The notes under the pieces are model-generated. The model worked only from the letters and a program-made list of their open reading frames with translations. It did not search any database and was not told the origin of the DNA. A DNA stretch of 64,000 bases from Takakia lepidozioides (taxonomy: Eukaryota > Plantae > Bryophyta). The position numbers and the translations under genes were made by a program. The stretch spans positions 38,626,001-38,690,000 of the forward strand of contig CM060733.1 of the NCBI GenBank assembly GCA_030704615.1, given 5' to 3'. Of this stretch, positions 62,091-64,000 are shown in pieces. How positions within the stretch are numbered: position 1 is the first letter of the stretch; every line of letters begins with the position of its first letter.

Positions 62091-64000
62091 GCCTGTTCAT
62101 TCTGGATTAGACACCAGAATGAGATGAGAGCTCCTGTGAATGAGGGCCCAGAGGTGGCAGCTCACATGGTTAGGCCATGTGTTGTACCAGAAGTAAGTAC
62201 AATGATAGTAACCAGAAGCAAAACCAAATTAATACCTCCAGTAGTTGAGGAAGATGATGATAATGAAGGTGGCAGTGATATGCCTGAAGATGAAGAGACT
62301 TGGAAAGATGAGAAGGAACTGCACAAAGAAGTGACAGATACCATAAGGGAAATGCAGAAGAGTACTGATATTCCTGTGGCAGATTCCTCTGATTCTGATG
62401 GAGAAGAAGAAATGAGTGAGGATGAAAGGAAGAAAGAAGATGTAGGCATGCAAAGTAATGAAGAGACTTTGGCTGAAGTAATATGCCAGACCAAAGCAGA
62501 GATTACCATTGGACAGCTATTGGCTGTGGCACCTTATTGTAGGCACAGGCTGTATCAAGCAATCAATCGAATTGCCCAGGAGATAGGAAACACAGACCTG
62601 AACAGCAAGGTGACCAGTTATAATGTGAAGCCGGAAGGGCGAGAAACAGTCATGGACTTTGATGATTCTATGCCAGTAATCCAATTGAGAATTGGAAGCA
62701 CAGAACTAATTGATGTACTGATAGATGGAGGTTCTGGAGTAAATATCATGACAAACCAATTAAGAAAGAAGCTTGGTCTAAGTAACATGAAACCAGCCCC
62801 ATTTACAGTAACAATGGCAGATCAAAGAAGTGTACAGCCTTTGGGATTAATAAGAGGAGTTAAGAGACAGATACAGAAGATGATCTTTATGATCACAGTA
62901 ACTGTGTTGAAGATGGATGAAGTCATGGAGGCTTACTCCTTATTATTGGGATGTCCGTGGCTGAAACAGGCCAGGGTATTCCATGGCTGGAATTCTCAGT
63001 TACTAACCGTGCATAATGGGATACACGAGATACAAATTACCACAAAGAAATCTAGTAGATAACCTGCTACGAGAAGACCTCAAGGGGTCAGAGAGTATGA
63101 CTGGAGAGGAGGACTGGATGAGGAGCAGGAAGCTACCCTATTTGCTGCACACCCAGAGTGGGAGCAGGTTGCAGAGATGCGGCTGGAAAGCGTAAGTTGT
63201 TTAAGAGGTATCTGCTGTGGTGTAGTGACAGCAACACCAACTGAAGAGGAAACCAGCAGTTACCCATCACATTTCTATGAAGAAAGAGAAGGAGAAATGG
63301 AAATCCTAGAGGAACCAGCCACTGTGAGCTTACAGGATGAAGTGGTGACTGGTTGGACAATCACAGCTGACGAGCAGGTGAGGGAAGTGAACGTGGGAAC
63401 TAAAGAGGAACCGAGGATGGTGAAAGTAGGAGCTGATTTGGAGCCAGAATTCTTTGAAGAAGCTAAGAGCTTGTTCATCAAATACAGAGATGTATTTGCT
63501 TGGAGCTATGAGGATCTAAAAGGGATACCACCTGAAGTCTGTCAGCATAAGATTGAACTGGAACCAGGGTCGGTACCAATCAAGCAGGCGAGGTACAGAA
63601 TGAATCCCAACTACGCACAGAAGGTTGGAGAAGAGATCAAGAAGTTGGCTGAGGCTAAGTTTATATACCCAATAGAGTATACAACTTGGTTGTCACCCAT
63701 TGTTATAGTTCCCAAGAAGAAAGGTAAACTAAGAGTATGTGTGAACTACAAGAAGCTGAATGCTTGTACAAAGAAAGATCCTTTTCCTTTGCCATTCACA
63801 GAAGCAGTATTGGACACTGTGGCAGGCCATGAGATGTACTCATTCATGGATGGTTTCAGTGGTTATAATCAAGTGCAAGTGGCAGAAGAAGATCAAGGAA
63901 AGACAGCTTTCATCACAGACTAGGGTGCTTATGCATACAAAGTCATGCCCTTTGTAATGCACCAGCAACCTTTCAGAGAGTAATAAGTGAATCTTTTCAT

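Larger units (their letters stand above)
48545..64000 (+). mobile_element. Gypsy family B copy 2 (inverted relative to copy 1), 5'-truncated, interrupted by element C, runs off the window
   Basis: ORF0 48545-48895, gag 48918-50848 (frameshift ~50257), resuming at 62091 inside the third zinc knuckle; PR and RT follow with stops at 63060 and 63921. Proteins are nearly identical to copy 1. Confidence 0.93.

Overview
Eukaryotic land-plant nuclear DNA; the spliceosomal introns, PLS/DYW PPR gene and non-chromovirus gypsy elements suggest a non-seed plant, but that is inference. The first ~10 kb holds one intact multi-exon gene on the minus strand, an organellar EngB/YsxC-family GTPase (2517-10003). 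10-29 kb is repeat and pseudogene debris: a LINE RT fragment, a partial solo LTR, a DYW-PPR pseudogene, and tandem OSB 'PDF-motif' exon relics joined to PPR pieces. 29-64 kb is a nest of Ty3/gypsy elements: a degenerate element containing a non-autonomous CACTA; two head-to-head copies of a family with extra ORFs before gag and after pol, with a 500-N gap; and a very young 11.2-kb element (50849-62090, 4-bp TSD). The young element is the main finding. Its 5' LTR lacks the terminal CACACTACA and runs directly into the tRNA-Met PBS. That 9-mer instead follows the PPT as part of a perfect 20-bp palindrome, CACACTACA-TA-TGTAGTGTG. This layout is most simply explained by integration through a circular intermediate cut at a pre-formed internal att palindrome. 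That mechanism is inferred from one copy and needs other copies to confirm.
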